DNA from: Candidatus Thorarchaeota archaeon SMTZ1-45
GTDB taxonomy: Archaea > Asgardarchaeota > Thorarchaeia > Thorarchaeales > Thorarchaeaceae
Reading direction: 5' to 3'
Length of the DNA stretch: 59,167 nucleotides
Assembly: GCA_001563335.1 (NCBI GenBank)
Contig: LRSL01000024.1
Span: 1 to 59,167, forward strand
In this document: piece by piece, positions 45,315 through 55,177 of the stretch
How positions within the stretch are numbered: the first letter of the stretch is position 1
Layout: the number at the start of each line of letters is the position of its first letter
The notes under the pieces: model-generated
Databases searched by the model: none
Seen by the model: the letters and a program-made list of their open reading frames with translations, nothing else
What the model was told of the DNA's origin: nothing
Program-made: the position numbers and the translations under genes

Positions 45315-47096
45315 ATGACAAATAATGCCAAGCTACGTTCTCCAATCGTCACGGTATTAGGACATATTGACCATGGAAAGACCTCCTTGCTTGATAAGAT
45401 GCGGGGAACTGGTGTTCAAGAGAGAGAAGCTGCTGGCATAACTCAACACATTGGGGCCTCATTCTTTCCTACTGAAACAATACTCTCGATCTGTGGAAAC
45501 CTTCTGAAAACCGTCAAAACGGAACTGACAATTGATGGTCTACTGTTTATCGACACACCTGGACATGAGGCGTATCTCAATCTTAGGCGACGTGGTGGTG
45601 CTATCGCAGACATTGCAATTCTAGTAATCGATATCAATGAAGGACCTCTTACCCAATCCTATGAGTCACTCAAAATCCTACTATCAGGGAAGACTCCATT
45701 TCTAATAGCGGCAAATAAGCTTGACAAGGTTCCTGGATGGAGAGAGAAGCCGGGAATGACTCTCTTCCAGGCTATTAAAGCTCAAAGTCAATCAACACAG
45801 AATGAGATTGATAGGCGACTCTATGAGATTGTGGGAGCACTCTCTGCTAATAATATCCAATCAGAAAGATTTGACCGGGTTAAAGATTTCAGAAATACTG
45901 TTGCTATTGTTCCTACCAGTGCAAGAACTGGAGATGGAATTCCGGAACTTCTGATGGTTCTTTCTGGTCTGACTCAACAATATATGAAAGAAAGGCTGAG
46001 AGTATCAGAAGGACCTGCAAAGGGAGCTATTCTAGAAGTACGAGAAGAAACAGGACTAGGAATTACTTTGGACACAATAATCTATGATGGTGTACTCAAA
46101 AAGACCGATACCATTGTAATTGGTGGGCTTGATGATGTAATTGTGGCTAAAATCAGGGCATTGTTGCAACCAAAGCCATTAGATGAGATTAGAGACCCTA
46201 AAGAGAAATTTACCAATGTAGATAATGTTCATGCAGCAGCAGGTGTCAAGATAGTTGCGCCAGATATTGAAGGGGCTGTTGCTGGAGCTCCAGTATATGC
46301 TGTAACCAATCCAGATAATCTTGAGAAGATAATGCAAAAGGTTCGAGATGAAGTTGGAGCAATTCGAATTCAAACAGACAAATCAGGAATTGTCCTAAAG
46401 ACTGATACCTTGGGATCACTGGAAGCAGTAACTCGATTTCTGCAAGAACGTAAAGTACCTGTGAGAGCAGCAGATGTGGGACCTATTGTGAAACGAGATA
46501 TTATTGAAGCTCAGGCTTCTGGTGATACGGATCCCTTGAATGCTGTTGTTCTTGGATTCAATGTCAAATTTGCACCGGATATTGAAGATCTAGCTGCAGA
46601 GTTAGGTGTTGAAGTTTTTTTGAACCAAGTCATTTACCGACTTTATGATGAGTATAATGCTTGGTTGATTGTGAAGAGAGAACAGGCAAAAGCAGAATCT
46701 CTTAGTTCGATTATTCGGCCAGGCAAGATTGAGTTAATGCCAGATTATGTCTTTAGACACAGTAATCCAGCTGTTGTAGGTGTAAAGGTTCACGGTGTAA
46801 TTAAGCCCAAAACTGGATTAATTAACGAGGAGGGAAAAAGAGTAGGGACAATTCTTCAGATTCAAGACAGAAGCGTCACAATAGATGAAGCAACAAATGG
46901 AATGGAGGTAGCGGTTTCAATAAGAGGACCTACTATTGGTCGACAGGTAAAGAGTACAGACATTCTTTATGCCGATGTTCCTGATAAGCATGTGATGGCA
47001 ATCAGAAAGAAATTCTTTGATGATCTTTCGCAATCAGAAAAGGATGTACTTGAAGAACTAACCACCATCAAAAGGGCTAGTGGTGCTTTTGTTTGA
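45315..47096 (+). CDS. infB: Translation initiation factor aIF5B
   Basis: GHIDHGKT, GITQHIGA, DTPGHE, NKLD. Confidence 0.97.
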   Translation: MTNNAKLRSPIVTVLGHIDHGKTSLLDKMRGTGVQEREAAGITQHIGASFFPTETILSICGNLLKTVKTELTIDGLLFIDTPGHEAYLNLRRRGGAIADIAILVIDINEGPLTQSYESLKILLSGKTPFLIAANKLDKVPGWREKPGMTLFQAIKAQSQSTQNEIDRRLYEIVGALSANNIQSERFDRVKDFRNTVAIVPTSARTGDGIPELLMVLSGLTQQYMKERLRVSEGPAKGAILEVREETGLGITLDTIIYDGVLKKTDTIVIGGLDDVIVAKIRALLQPKPLDEIRDPKEKFTNVDNVHAAAGVKIVAPDIEGAVAGAPVYAVTNPDNLEKIMQKVRDEVGAIRIQTDKSGIVLKTDTLGSLEAVTRFLQERKVPVRAADVGPIVKRDIIEAQASGDTDPLNAVVLGFNVKFAPDIEDLAAELGVEVFLNQVIYRLYDEYNAWLIVKREQAKAESLSSIIRPGKIELMPDYVFRHSNPAVVGVKVHGVIKPKTGLINEEGKRVGTILQIQDRSVTIDEATNGMEVAVSIRGPTIGRQVKSTDILYADVPDKHVMAIRKKFFDDLSQSEKDVLEELTTIKRASGAFV

Positions 47097-47144
47097 GAAC
47101 TTTTCCAATTGACAACGTTTTTAGGCACTTCAGAGAAAATCACC

Positions 47145-47461
47145 GATGCAGCGGGCAGGATGGGCCGTTTGCCGCGGCTGAGACCACATGGCACTAGTGG
47201 CATCAGTAACCCCGTGGAGGATGAAACCCAACTGCGGAGAGTTTCGCTGTGGGACTGTGATTGGCAGTCTCTGGAGTCTGTCACGGACCTAGCAACATTC
47301 GTAGGTTTGTTGTGATTGTCTTAGACTTCCGAACCGGGTCAGGCCCTGGCGGGAACAGCCCTAAGGATGAGTGGTGGAGCCCCAGAGGTAGCTGCCATGA
47401 GAAACGCATCGAGTTAACTCACTGTGGGAGGGACATTCGATACATCGGGAGCCGCTGCACC
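47145..47461 (+). ncRNA. SRP (7S) RNA
   Basis: Terminal helix TGCAGCGG/CCGCTGCA, about 317 nt, CCGAACCGGGTCAGGCCC-TGGC-GGGAACAGCCCTAAG helix 8, GTAG-capped helix 6 candidate. Confidence 0.88.
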
Positions 47462-47539
47462 CCCTTCCTTTTCAATCCTCAAAATAAATGATAGTCTACG
47501 GTAATGTTTAAGAGAAAATTCTAGTCCGCAAATCATCAA

Positions 47540-47651
47540 GCTGGGGTATCCAAGCTTGGTATGGAGCTGGATTGCTAAAGGAAGCTATTAGCAGTCCTGC
47601 AAACATCCAGTGTCGTTAGACTCGAGGGTTCAAATCCCTCCCCCAGCGCCA
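47540..47651 (+). tRNA. tRNA-Ser (GCT) with 27-nt intron at 37/38 (47578-47604)
   Basis: Acceptor GCTGGGG/CCCCAGC, G73, CCA; CTGGA-TTGCTA-[intron]-A-TCCAG; long variable arm; TTGC/GCAA helix consistent with BHB. Confidence 0.92.
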
Positions 47652-47661
47652 CTTCTTTTCA

Positions 47662-48090
47662 TTAACTGAGATGAAGACGAGTATCGCAGAACGGGCACAG
47701 AACAATATCTACATCGACTGGAGTTGCATTCACATAATTGAATTGATTACCACAGTTAGGACACCCATAGATTTCAGAGCTTGGAGTTTTTTGAGCTGGA
47801 AGGGCATGTTTTCTCATAGACTCGAGAATCTGTTCATCTTCTGCAACATTCGTTGGTGCAATAGGTCTACCCTGTGCCCACCTATATGCTGCATAAAGTC
47901 CAAAGATTACTATGGGTGCATAAAGGAACATGTAGAGTGGAATCATTTCAAGCGGTAGTAACATGGTTATACCAATCACACCAACCGGTCCTAAAATGAG
48001 AAGCAAAAGGAACACCAACCATCTCCAGCTAGAGGACCGAGTTTCTTGTTGATATGGATCATAATAATCGTCGTTTATCATGGTTTCCAC
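47662..48090 (-). CDS. Two-TM membrane protein with C-terminal zinc ribbon
   Basis: Two hydrophobic helices; CPNC...CPFC. Confidence 0.75.
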   Translation of the reverse strand: METMINDDYYDPYQQETRSSSWRWLVFLLLLILGPVGVIGITMLLPLEMIPLYMFLYAPIVIFGLYAAYRWAQGRPIAPTNVAEDEQILESMRKHALPAQKTPSSEIYGCPNCGNQFNYVNATPVDVDIVLCPFCDTRLHLS

Positions 48091-48168
48091 TCCACTAAAG
48101 ACTATAGCACAAGCCCTTCTAATCTCTTCTATTGGTTTTCTATGGAACAGAAATTAAAAATAGAGAAG

Positions 48169-48194
48169 GAACACGGGCCTTGTGAGCCCGGTTC
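48169..48194 (-). terminator. Hairpin plus T tract downstream of EF-1a
   Basis: Minus strand GAAC-CGGGC-tcacaag-GCCCG-t-GTTC then CTTCTCTATTTTT. Confidence 0.55.
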
Positions 48195-48207
48195 TAAAAG
48201 TTTGAAA

Positions 48208-49498
48208 CTACTTCCTCGGAGTGACCTGTTGAACGATGCCAACAGCTACTGTCATTCCCATGTCACGAACAGCGAATCTACCAAGTTGTGGGAAGTCCTT
48301 ATAGTTCTCAATGACCATAGGCTTTAGAGGGACCAGTTTGGCAATCATGGACTCACCCTTCTTGACAAAGTCTGGGTTCTCTTCTAAGACTTGGCCACTT
48401 CGCTGGTCAAGTTTCTGGAGGATTGGTCGAACCTGCAGGCAACTTGAGCAGTGTGTGCATGAATGACTGGTGTGTAACCAACTGTAATGGCACTTGGGTG
48501 CTGAATGACCATCACCTGACCGGTGTAGTCAGCAGCAACTGTGGGTGGATTATCAGTTGGACCAGCGACGTCACCACGACCAAGGTCTTTCCTCTCAATA
48601 CCTCGTACATTGAAGCCGATGTTGTCACCGGGTACTGCTTCAGGCAGCATCTCGTGGTGCATCTCGATGGACTTGACTTCTCCAGTCTTGTTTGGCGGCA
48701 TAAAGATAATCTTCATTCCGGTCTTCATGACACCTGTTTCAACACGGCCAACTGGTACTGTGCCGACACCCTTGATTGAGTACACATCGTTAATCGGTAC
48801 TCGTAGTGGTTTGTCAGTTGGCTTTGGTGGTCGAGTGCCTCGAGAAGACATGGACCATCATACCATGGAGTGATTTTTGGAGTTCTCTCCTTCAGGTTGG
48901 CTGCATCTAATGCTGAGGTTGGAATGAATGGGATTTGATCGGTCTTGTAACCAATGCTCTGTAGGAATCCACCTACTTCCTCCTTGACCTCTTTGTATCT
49001 GTCTTCGCTGTACTTGACGCTATCATCATCCATCTTGTTAACACAGACTATGAGGCTTGGCACACCAAGAGTCATGGCAAGGTAAGCATGCTCCTTGGTC
49101 TGGCCACCAGGACCAACTCCTGCTTCAAACTCACCCTTCTTTGCAGACACAACAAGTAGACCCACATCAGCCTGTGAGGCTCCAGTGATCATGTTCTTGA
49201 TGAAGTCTTTGTGTCCAGGAGCATCAATGATGGTGTAATAATACTTGTCAGTGAGGAACTTGAAGAAGGCGATGTCAATAGTCAGACCTCGCTCTCGCTC
49301 TTCCTTCAGACGGTCCAGCGCAAAAGCCCATGCCCAGCTGGGCCGCCCAAGTTTCTCTGCTTCGGCCTTATGCTGTTGGAAAGTACGCTCGTCAACAGCG
49401 CCTGTTTCATATAGGAGACGGCCTGTCATGGTGGACTTACCATGGTCGACGTGACCGATGACCACCAGGTTCAGGTGCTCCTTTCCTTTCTTGGACAA
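48208..49498 (-). CDS. tuf: Elongation factor 1-alpha, two frameshifts in this sequence (near 48831 and 48423)
   Basis: [26 protein letters not shown]; domain [11 protein letters not shown]; manual third frame ends [25 protein letters not shown]. Confidence 0.95.
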
Positions 49499-49624
49499 GG
49501 CATAATTCTCCTTATTTTATGTTAGTCGGTCCCCTAAGGTGGGAACCTGCTTGGCTGTCACCTTGTGGGATGCTTTTAATCATTTCGACAAGGTCAGTTA
49601 TCCAAGAGAGAAGAGAGCCCTCCT

Positions 49625-50056
49625 CTATACGTCAATTTGCAATCTCTGAGATAAAGCATCAGTAGATGCTCTGAGTCTTGAACTAGCAAAAATACTCCCA
49701 AGTGCGATTGAACTAAAGGCGAGGACTATAGATGCATAAGCGTAGTCTATACTTATCATGAAGGTCCCAATTTCAGGCGATACAAACCAGACGATTCTAC
49801 TATAAAATAGGTATATTAAAAGGAAAAACGACATAACAATGTGTTCAGTGCTACCAGAATCTTCCAGGAGATGTGGTTCAGACCGGCTTTTCAACATGGC
49901 ATCAGTGATAATAATTGCGGCAGTGAAGCCAAGTACGGCAAATATCATCCAAATCAATCCAATAATTATTTGTCAACGAGAACCGAGTACTATAGATGTA
50001 ACAATGGCTAGAAAGTATAACAGAATCGAAATCGTTCCCTTCTTCACGATGCCCAC
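49625..50056 (-). pseudogene. Multi-TM membrane protein interrupted by in-frame TGA (49973-49975)
   Basis: VKKGTISILLYFLAIVTSIVLGSR*QIIIGLIWMIFAVLG continues in frame into the 110-aa ORF. Confidence 0.5.
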
Positions 50057-50133
50057 AACTAGTTCTGGCGTAGAGTATCATTCGTCATAATATTTTTGTT
50101 TAATAAACCGCGGATAGTTTTACTAGAAGTTTA

Positions 50134-50523
50134 TCACATGAGGTCGGGGATTGAGTCTGGCTTGTCTGTTAGACCTTGTAGATTTCTCAGGGGGATCCAA
50201 CCTTCATCTCCTAGAGAAGTTCGTACCCAAGCCCAGCCACTCTCTTCGTCTAGAACAAGAACTTCTTTGCCAGCCTCGATGGTAAGTTCTCGTGCGTTAT
50301 AGTCCCGAATGAACTGAAACTGTCCTGATTTTGAGGTGGATTCAAGATACGCTTTTGGCACCCATCCATGAGCTCCGGAACTGTTACGACACCAGAGCCA
50401 TCCTTCCAGATCGGTTTCTCGTTCCTGTCCTTCGACAATCTCACCCTTCTTAACCACCAGTGGGACTTGGAATTCGCTCCTATGGTTCTTGATTACTTTC
50501 AGTATTTTCATCTGTTCCACCAT
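50134..50523 (-). CDS. Tandem SH3-domain protein
   Basis: GWLWC....G..GWVP..YL and DY.A.EL....G......ESGWAW......GWIP. Confidence 0.85.
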   Translation of the reverse strand: MVEQMKILKVIKNHRSEFQVPLVVKKGEIVEGQERETDLEGWLWCRNSSGAHGWVPKAYLESTSKSGQFQFIRDYNARELTIEAGKEVLVLDEESGWAWVRTSLGDEGWIPLRNLQGLTDKPDSIPDLM

Positions 50524-50530
50524 GCTACTG

Positions 50531-51076
50531 CTATTGTATTCCTTGGACTAGTCCTTTGATCCAATCACGAATCATATCCCAATCTCGAAAGTCAATCTTC
50601 TCCGGTATTTCTTCACCAGGTGGCAACTGACTCTTCACGATACTCTTTACAAGTGCACGAATAACAAGGTTATATTTTTTGAACTCGAACTTCCCTCCGA
50701 TTAATGCGGTCGAAATGGGGGACAGTCCCGGATATTTCTCAGGCATACTGTCTAAATAGTTAGCCTGTGCCTCAGCAACCTTGTCTGGGTTACCTGCATA
50801 TCCACTCACTACAAAAAGCGCGACTTTGGTCTTTGAAAGTGATTCCAGCTTCTGCTCGATGAATTTGAGGGGACGTTTTGTCCACTGTCCTGCTTGAATA
50901 CCACTCCCAATAACCACTAGATCATAGTTTTCAGGTTCAGGAAAGGGGATTCCCTTCTCTAGATGAACAACATCTACATGGGCTCCTAGTTCTCTAGCTG
51001 TGTTACTCATTTCACGAACTACTTCAGTAGTTGTTCCATATCGCGTTCCATAGACAATCAGGAGTTTGTTCATCAT
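50531..51076 (-). CDS. Flavodoxin-domain protein (HemG-like)
   Basis: IVYGTRYGTT, YDLVVIGS, DFRDW. Confidence 0.85.
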   Translation of the reverse strand: MMNKLLIVYGTRYGTTTEVVREMSNTARELGAHVDVVHLEKGIPFPEPENYDLVVIGSGIQAGQWTKRPLKFIEQKLESLSKTKVALFVVSGYAGNPDKVAEAQANYLDSMPEKYPGLSPISTALIGGKFEFKKYNLVIRALVKSIVKSQLPPGEEIPEKIDFRDWDMIRDWIKGLVQGIQ

Positions 51077-51160
51077 AATCAGTCACGAGAGATGAGTGTC
51101 ATCCTCACAAAACGCTTTCGACATGACTGTTTTCTGATTAATAATCCGCGGATGATTTTA

Positions 51161-51595
51161 CTAGAAGTTCATGATTTCGACTTTCGTTTCTTCTATATTC
51201 ATATTGAAATATCGATATAAGAAAGCACCAATTAACCAAATTGCTACAAAGATAGCCCATGCGATCCAGAACCAAGGATCAAGATAAATTGCAAAATCTG
51301 ATTGAACTATGTCGATAACGACTAAGATTATCGTGAATCCCACTGGAAAATACAGACTTCGCAAGTTGATTAGGGAAATATCTTGGGGTTGTTTTGTATC
51401 AGCCAAAAGAAACTCAAAGGTGTAACCTAAACAAAACGACCATGGAAGGAATAGAACAAGAAACCAAGAAGTGAAAAGACCGGGAATGAAGCCTATAATG
51501 AAAAATGTAATGTAAATTCCTAACATTAGATAGTTGATTGGTCTTCGCCACTTTCTTGCATTCAAACTGAAATACTCCCCTCTCTCGTTCTTCAC
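51161..51595 (-). CDS. Hypothetical 4-TM membrane protein
   Basis: Four hydrophobic segments; AT-rich. Confidence 0.7.
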   Translation of the reverse strand: MKNERGEYFSLNARKWRRPINYLMLGIYITFFIIGFIPGLFTSWFLVLFLPWSFCLGYTFEFLLADTKQPQDISLINLRSLYFPVGFTIILVVIDIVQSDFAIYLDPWFWIAWAIFVAIWLIGAFLYRYFNMNIEETKVEIMNF

Positions 51596-51598
51596 AAC

Positions 51599-52639
51599 CT
51601 AACCTTTTGAATCAGCTGTAAAGACATATGCAATGTTAGCTCCAGTTTGGACAGCTTGTAGACTTCCTGGAGTTCCAAGAATATCTCCACAGGGATAAGC
51701 CCAGATGTAGCCATCAACAGGACACTCCACTCTCTCTAGAACATCACCATAGAGATTATAGATCTCAGCAAATACTTCACCCTTCTTCATGAAGTCGCCG
51801 GGTGTCTTCAGGAATCTGATTAGACCCCCATGGTTTGCTCGCACAATCCCATGGAATGTACAGATTCCGGGAACGATTCTAATTCCCTCTTGAGGTTCAA
51901 TATCACCATCTATCATTTCAAAGGCTTTCATTATGTTGAGAGTCCCACGGACTCCGACTGCGGTTGAAGGTTCAGAAATCCATCTACCATCGATGAGCTC
52001 GATAAGAATGTCAGGAATTCCGTTCTTCACAGCCAAATTGGCAAGTGTGTCTGGCGCATCGTCAGTAATTGGGACGTTTTCAACCACATTGGTCACTCCG
52101 AAAGCTTCAGCCATTCTCTCGAGTTTCTCCTTCGTCTTCGGATTACCGACGTTAATTTCCGTGAAGAAGAGGGAATCTGGTCGGACATTAGTGTGCATGT
52201 TGAGGACCATGTCAGCCTTGCTCCATGCCTCTTGCCAGAGAATATGAGCCAATCGCTCTGTCGCTGTGCCATTGGGTTTGTCTGCAGTCAATGGACTTGC
52301 ACTTCCGCCCCCACCCAAGTCCTGATTGTCTATCCACGACAGATATTGATGGTGCATGAAAGCTAGAGGGTTCTCAACAGGAATCCCGACGATAGCACCC
52401 CTGAGATCCTTTGGATTTACCTTTTCTCTCATTATCTTAAGTATTACCTCGATGCCTTGAATCTCTATGCCGTGTTGCGTGGAAACCATGAGCATAGTTG
52501 GTCCATCTTTTGCTCCGTTCATAACAAGAACTGGAATATCGATACTGGTTGTTGTGTTCAGCTCAATCCCCTTGATTACTCCCTTCTGGAGTTCACCTCT
52601 TCTAGCAATAGCAGTACCTACTCTGAGTTCTTCAAGCAT
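51599..52639 (-). CDS. Succinylglutamate desuccinylase/aspartoacylase (M14-like) family protein
   Basis: GPT......QHGIE, IPVENP, NMHT, C-terminal biotinyl-like domain. Confidence 0.85.
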   Translation of the reverse strand: MLEELRVGTAIARRGELQKGVIKGIELNTTTSIDIPVLVMNGAKDGPTMLMVSTQHGIEIQGIEVILKIMREKVNPKDLRGAIVGIPVENPLAFMHHQYLSWIDNQDLGGGGSASPLTADKPNGTATERLAHILWQEAWSKADMVLNMHTNVRPDSLFFTEINVGNPKTKEKLERMAEAFGVTNVVENVPITDDAPDTLANLAVKNGIPDILIELIDGRWISEPSTAVGVRGTLNIMKAFEMIDGDIEPQEGIRIVPGICTFHGIVRANHGGLIRFLKTPGDFMKKGEVFAEIYNLYGDVLERVECPVDGYIWAYPCGDILGTPGSLQAVQTGANIAYVFTADSKG

Positions 52640-52695
52640 AATGCAGACCTCTCTAAGTACTAGTCGTTATGGTGGAAATATCAGTTTTGGGATAC

Positions 52696-52917
52696 TCAAG
52701 AGTCTGACCGTATTCTGATTTCGATATATATGACCAGCAGAAGAAGAAATGTCAGTATTGACAGCAAATAGAAAACCTGAATCCAGTAACTAAGGGTTGG
52801 GTCGAGAGTAATTGTGTAGACACTGACTAGAAATTCTGTTGCAGTAAGAATCAACAGTATTGTACCAAAGAGTAAAATGAGATTTTTCAGGAGATTTCTG
52901 CGATTCATTTTTGTCAA
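52696..52917 (-). CDS. Small two-TM membrane protein
   Basis: 73 aa, two hydrophobic helices. Confidence 0.55.
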   Translation of the reverse strand: MTKMNRRNLLKNLILLFGTILLILTATEFLVSVYTITLDPTLSYWIQVFYLLSILTFLLLLVIYIEIRIRSDS

Positions 52918-52937
52918 ATAAGAAATAGCAACGCTCC

Positions 52938-53858
52938 TTATAGATGGTCTTTATTTTGTCTGCGGCGAACCTGTGCCATCTGAGCTATGATTACACCAAT
53001 CACTGTAATAGTACCTCCGAGCACCTGAAGATATGTCACCACTTCGTGAAGAACAAAAATGGACATCACCACACCCCAGACTGCGATTAGATTCAACATG
53101 ATTTGAATAAGTGATGCTTCAATGTGTTTCATTGATTCATAATAGAGAATGAAGGCAATCACAGTATTAGCAAGTGCCACCCAAATCACCACAAACCAAG
53201 CTTGCATACTCATCGTGAGTAGTACCGTTACATCATCAAGTAGAGCAGCAGATACCCAGATGAGAGGGACTGCGAATAGTGTGCTATAGAATGTTGTTGA
53301 TATCGCATCTATTGTCTTGATAGCAATCTTACCTGCGATTCCATTGATTGCAAAGAATAGGGTTGAGATAATTATGACGAGGTTTCCAAGAGAACGCCAA
53401 ATATCAAAAGTTGTGTGTTCAGGAGTAGAGCTCAGTACTATGAGTGTGGCACCGATTGTAGCTAATATGAGACCAAGTACCTTTTCAGATGTGATTTTCT
53501 CGTTCAATATAGGTGCGGCAAGTATGACGGCAAAGGTAGGTGTTAAATTCAAGAGAAGAAGAGCATCACTTGCTGTTGTTAGTTCGAGACCGATATACTG
53601 CAAAACTTGAGATATGAAAGGACCACTTAGTCCAGCAATTAAGAGAATCTTCCAATTGTTTTTCATATCATCAAAGGTCTGCTTCTTCCTGTGTTGCAGA
53701 GTCACAGCAAGAAGAAATGGACATGCTAGTGTATATCTCAGAGCTACAAAGACAATGGGACCTACTTCTGCGAATATAAGCTTGGCAAAGATCAGTGAGG
53801 AGGACCAAAGGACTGTTGTGACTGTGATAGCGAAATATGCCAAAGAGGTCCTATTCAT
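52938..53858 (-). CDS. DMT/EamA family transporter
   Basis: About 10 TM, two EamA repeats (LWS...FAK, RY, LNEKIT). Confidence 0.9.
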   Translation of the reverse strand: MNRTSLAYFAITVTTVLWSSSLIFAKLIFAEVGPIVFVALRYTLACPFLLAVTLQHRKKQTFDDMKNNWKILLIAGLSGPFISQVLQYIGLELTTASDALLLLNLTPTFAVILAAPILNEKITSEKVLGLILATIGATLIVLSSTPEHTTFDIWRSLGNLVIIISTLFFAINGIAGKIAIKTIDAISTTFYSTLFAVPLIWVSAALLDDVTVLLTMSMQAWFVVIWVALANTVIAFILYYESMKHIEASLIQIMLNLIAVWGVVMSIFVLHEVVTYLQVLGGTITVIGVIIAQMAQVRRRQNKDHL

Positions 53859-53968
53859 GCCTTACTCCTCTAGCATATTCTTGAGCTAGAACCATCTGAT
53901 AAGCTGAACTGAACATCTAGGAACAGAAAAGGTAAGCATAAACTGCCCGTTTGGACAAGTATCATGGA

Positions 53969-54628
53969 TTATCTTGCAGAACGTGCGACTCGCTCTCGTT
54001 CTTCCTTCCTTGCAACTGCAAAGCTACCAGGATCATTCTTGTAAGCAAGTAGTAGTTCGTCCACAAGACACTCTTCAAATGACTTGGCATTCTTGTGTGC
54101 TGAGCGAACTGCTCCGACTGAAAGGTATCTCAGAGCAAGATCAATTCTCCTCTGTGGTGCAACATCTACTGAACGAGGATACGCCATGCCACCATATGAG
54201 ATTCGTGTTGTTTCCTCAGCAGGAGCTGCGTTCTCTATGGCAGTGACTAGAACTTGAATTGGATTAAGACCAGTCCTATAATTGATTATCTCGAAGACAC
54301 GTTTGAGGGTGGAGATTGCTCGTAGTTTCTTGCCAGCACCTCTTCCAGTTCGTGTTTTCTTTTCCTTCCTACGACCAGCGTTGATCATCTTGTTCACAAA
54401 TCGCTCAATAATTGGGACTTGGGATTTGTGAAATCGTTTGTGAGCGTGTCTGCCTGATGTGTGAGGAATTAAGACTGGCTTTAGAGAGATGTATCTTACA
54501 AGTCCTACATCATTTATTTGTACATTTGTGGAGTCCCACTTACCAAACAACAGAAGTTCAGGTGGTTCATGAGGTGGGGTTTCCTCAACCACTGGTTCAA
54601 TGGATTCTTCCTCGGACAATTTTACCAC
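53969..54628 (-). CDS. rps7: 30S ribosomal protein S7
   Basis: LFGKW, PHTSGRH, NPIQVLV.AIENA, VDVAPQRR. Confidence 0.97.
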   Translation of the reverse strand: MVKLSEEESIEPVVEETPPHEPPELLLFGKWDSTNVQINDVGLVRYISLKPVLIPHTSGRHAHKRFHKSQVPIIERFVNKMINAGRRKEKKTRTGRGAGKKLRAISTLKRVFEIINYRTGLNPIQVLVTAIENAAPAEETTRISYGGMAYPRSVDVAPQRRIDLALRYLSVGAVRSAHKNAKSFEECLVDELLLAYKNDPGSFAVARKEERERVARSAR

Positions 54629-55072
54629 CTAACGAATTGGCTTCTCCTTTCTGCCATATATTAGAGACTCAAGACCCACTCCGTTTACTTTAATGACCTT
54701 CCAAGAAACTCCGGGCAAGTCACCTATCGGACCTCCCTGAGCACCACCAATACCCTCAACAATAACGGAGTCATGTTCATCTATGTACTTCAAGCCACCA
54801 TCCCCAGGTATGAACGCTGTGACCTGTTTTCCGTTCTTGGAGAGCTGAATCCTTACGGCCTTTCGAATAGCAGAGTTTGGCTGTTTTGATTCGATGCCAA
54901 CCTTCTCCAAGACAATACCTCTTGCTTGAGGAGCACCCTCTAATGGGTCAGTCTTCCTCTTGAGCTTGAGTGTACGCCTCTTGTATGTGGGCTTTTTCCA
55001 GCGGAATTTCTTCCTCTTACGGAGGAGAGGCCTCGCTGCGAATTCACCCAATGGAGATTTTGAACCTGTCAA
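54629..55072 (-). CDS. rps12: 30S ribosomal protein S12
   Basis: [23 protein letters not shown]; start TTG 55072 or ATG 55108. Confidence 0.97.
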   Translation of the reverse strand: MTGSKSPLGEFAARPLLRKRKKFRWKKPTYKRRTLKLKRKTDPLEGAPQARGIVLEKVGIESKQPNSAIRKAVRIQLSKNGKQVTAFIPGDGGLKYIDEHDSVIVEGIGGAQGGPIGDLPGVSWKVIKVNGVGLESLIYGRKEKPIR

Positions 55073-55177
55073 GATGATTTTCCTCTTAATGGTCAACATA
55101 CCATTCATGGTATGCTCTGTATGGTGGTTATCGGCTTCGGCCTGTTGTAACCTTAAAAGGATTGTGAAGAGAACACC

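Noticed and set aside
47109-47491. Two short plus-strand ORFs, or RNase P RNA
   Set aside because: Region carries the SRP helix 8 motif and terminal helix; no RNase P GAGGAAAGUCC motif seen
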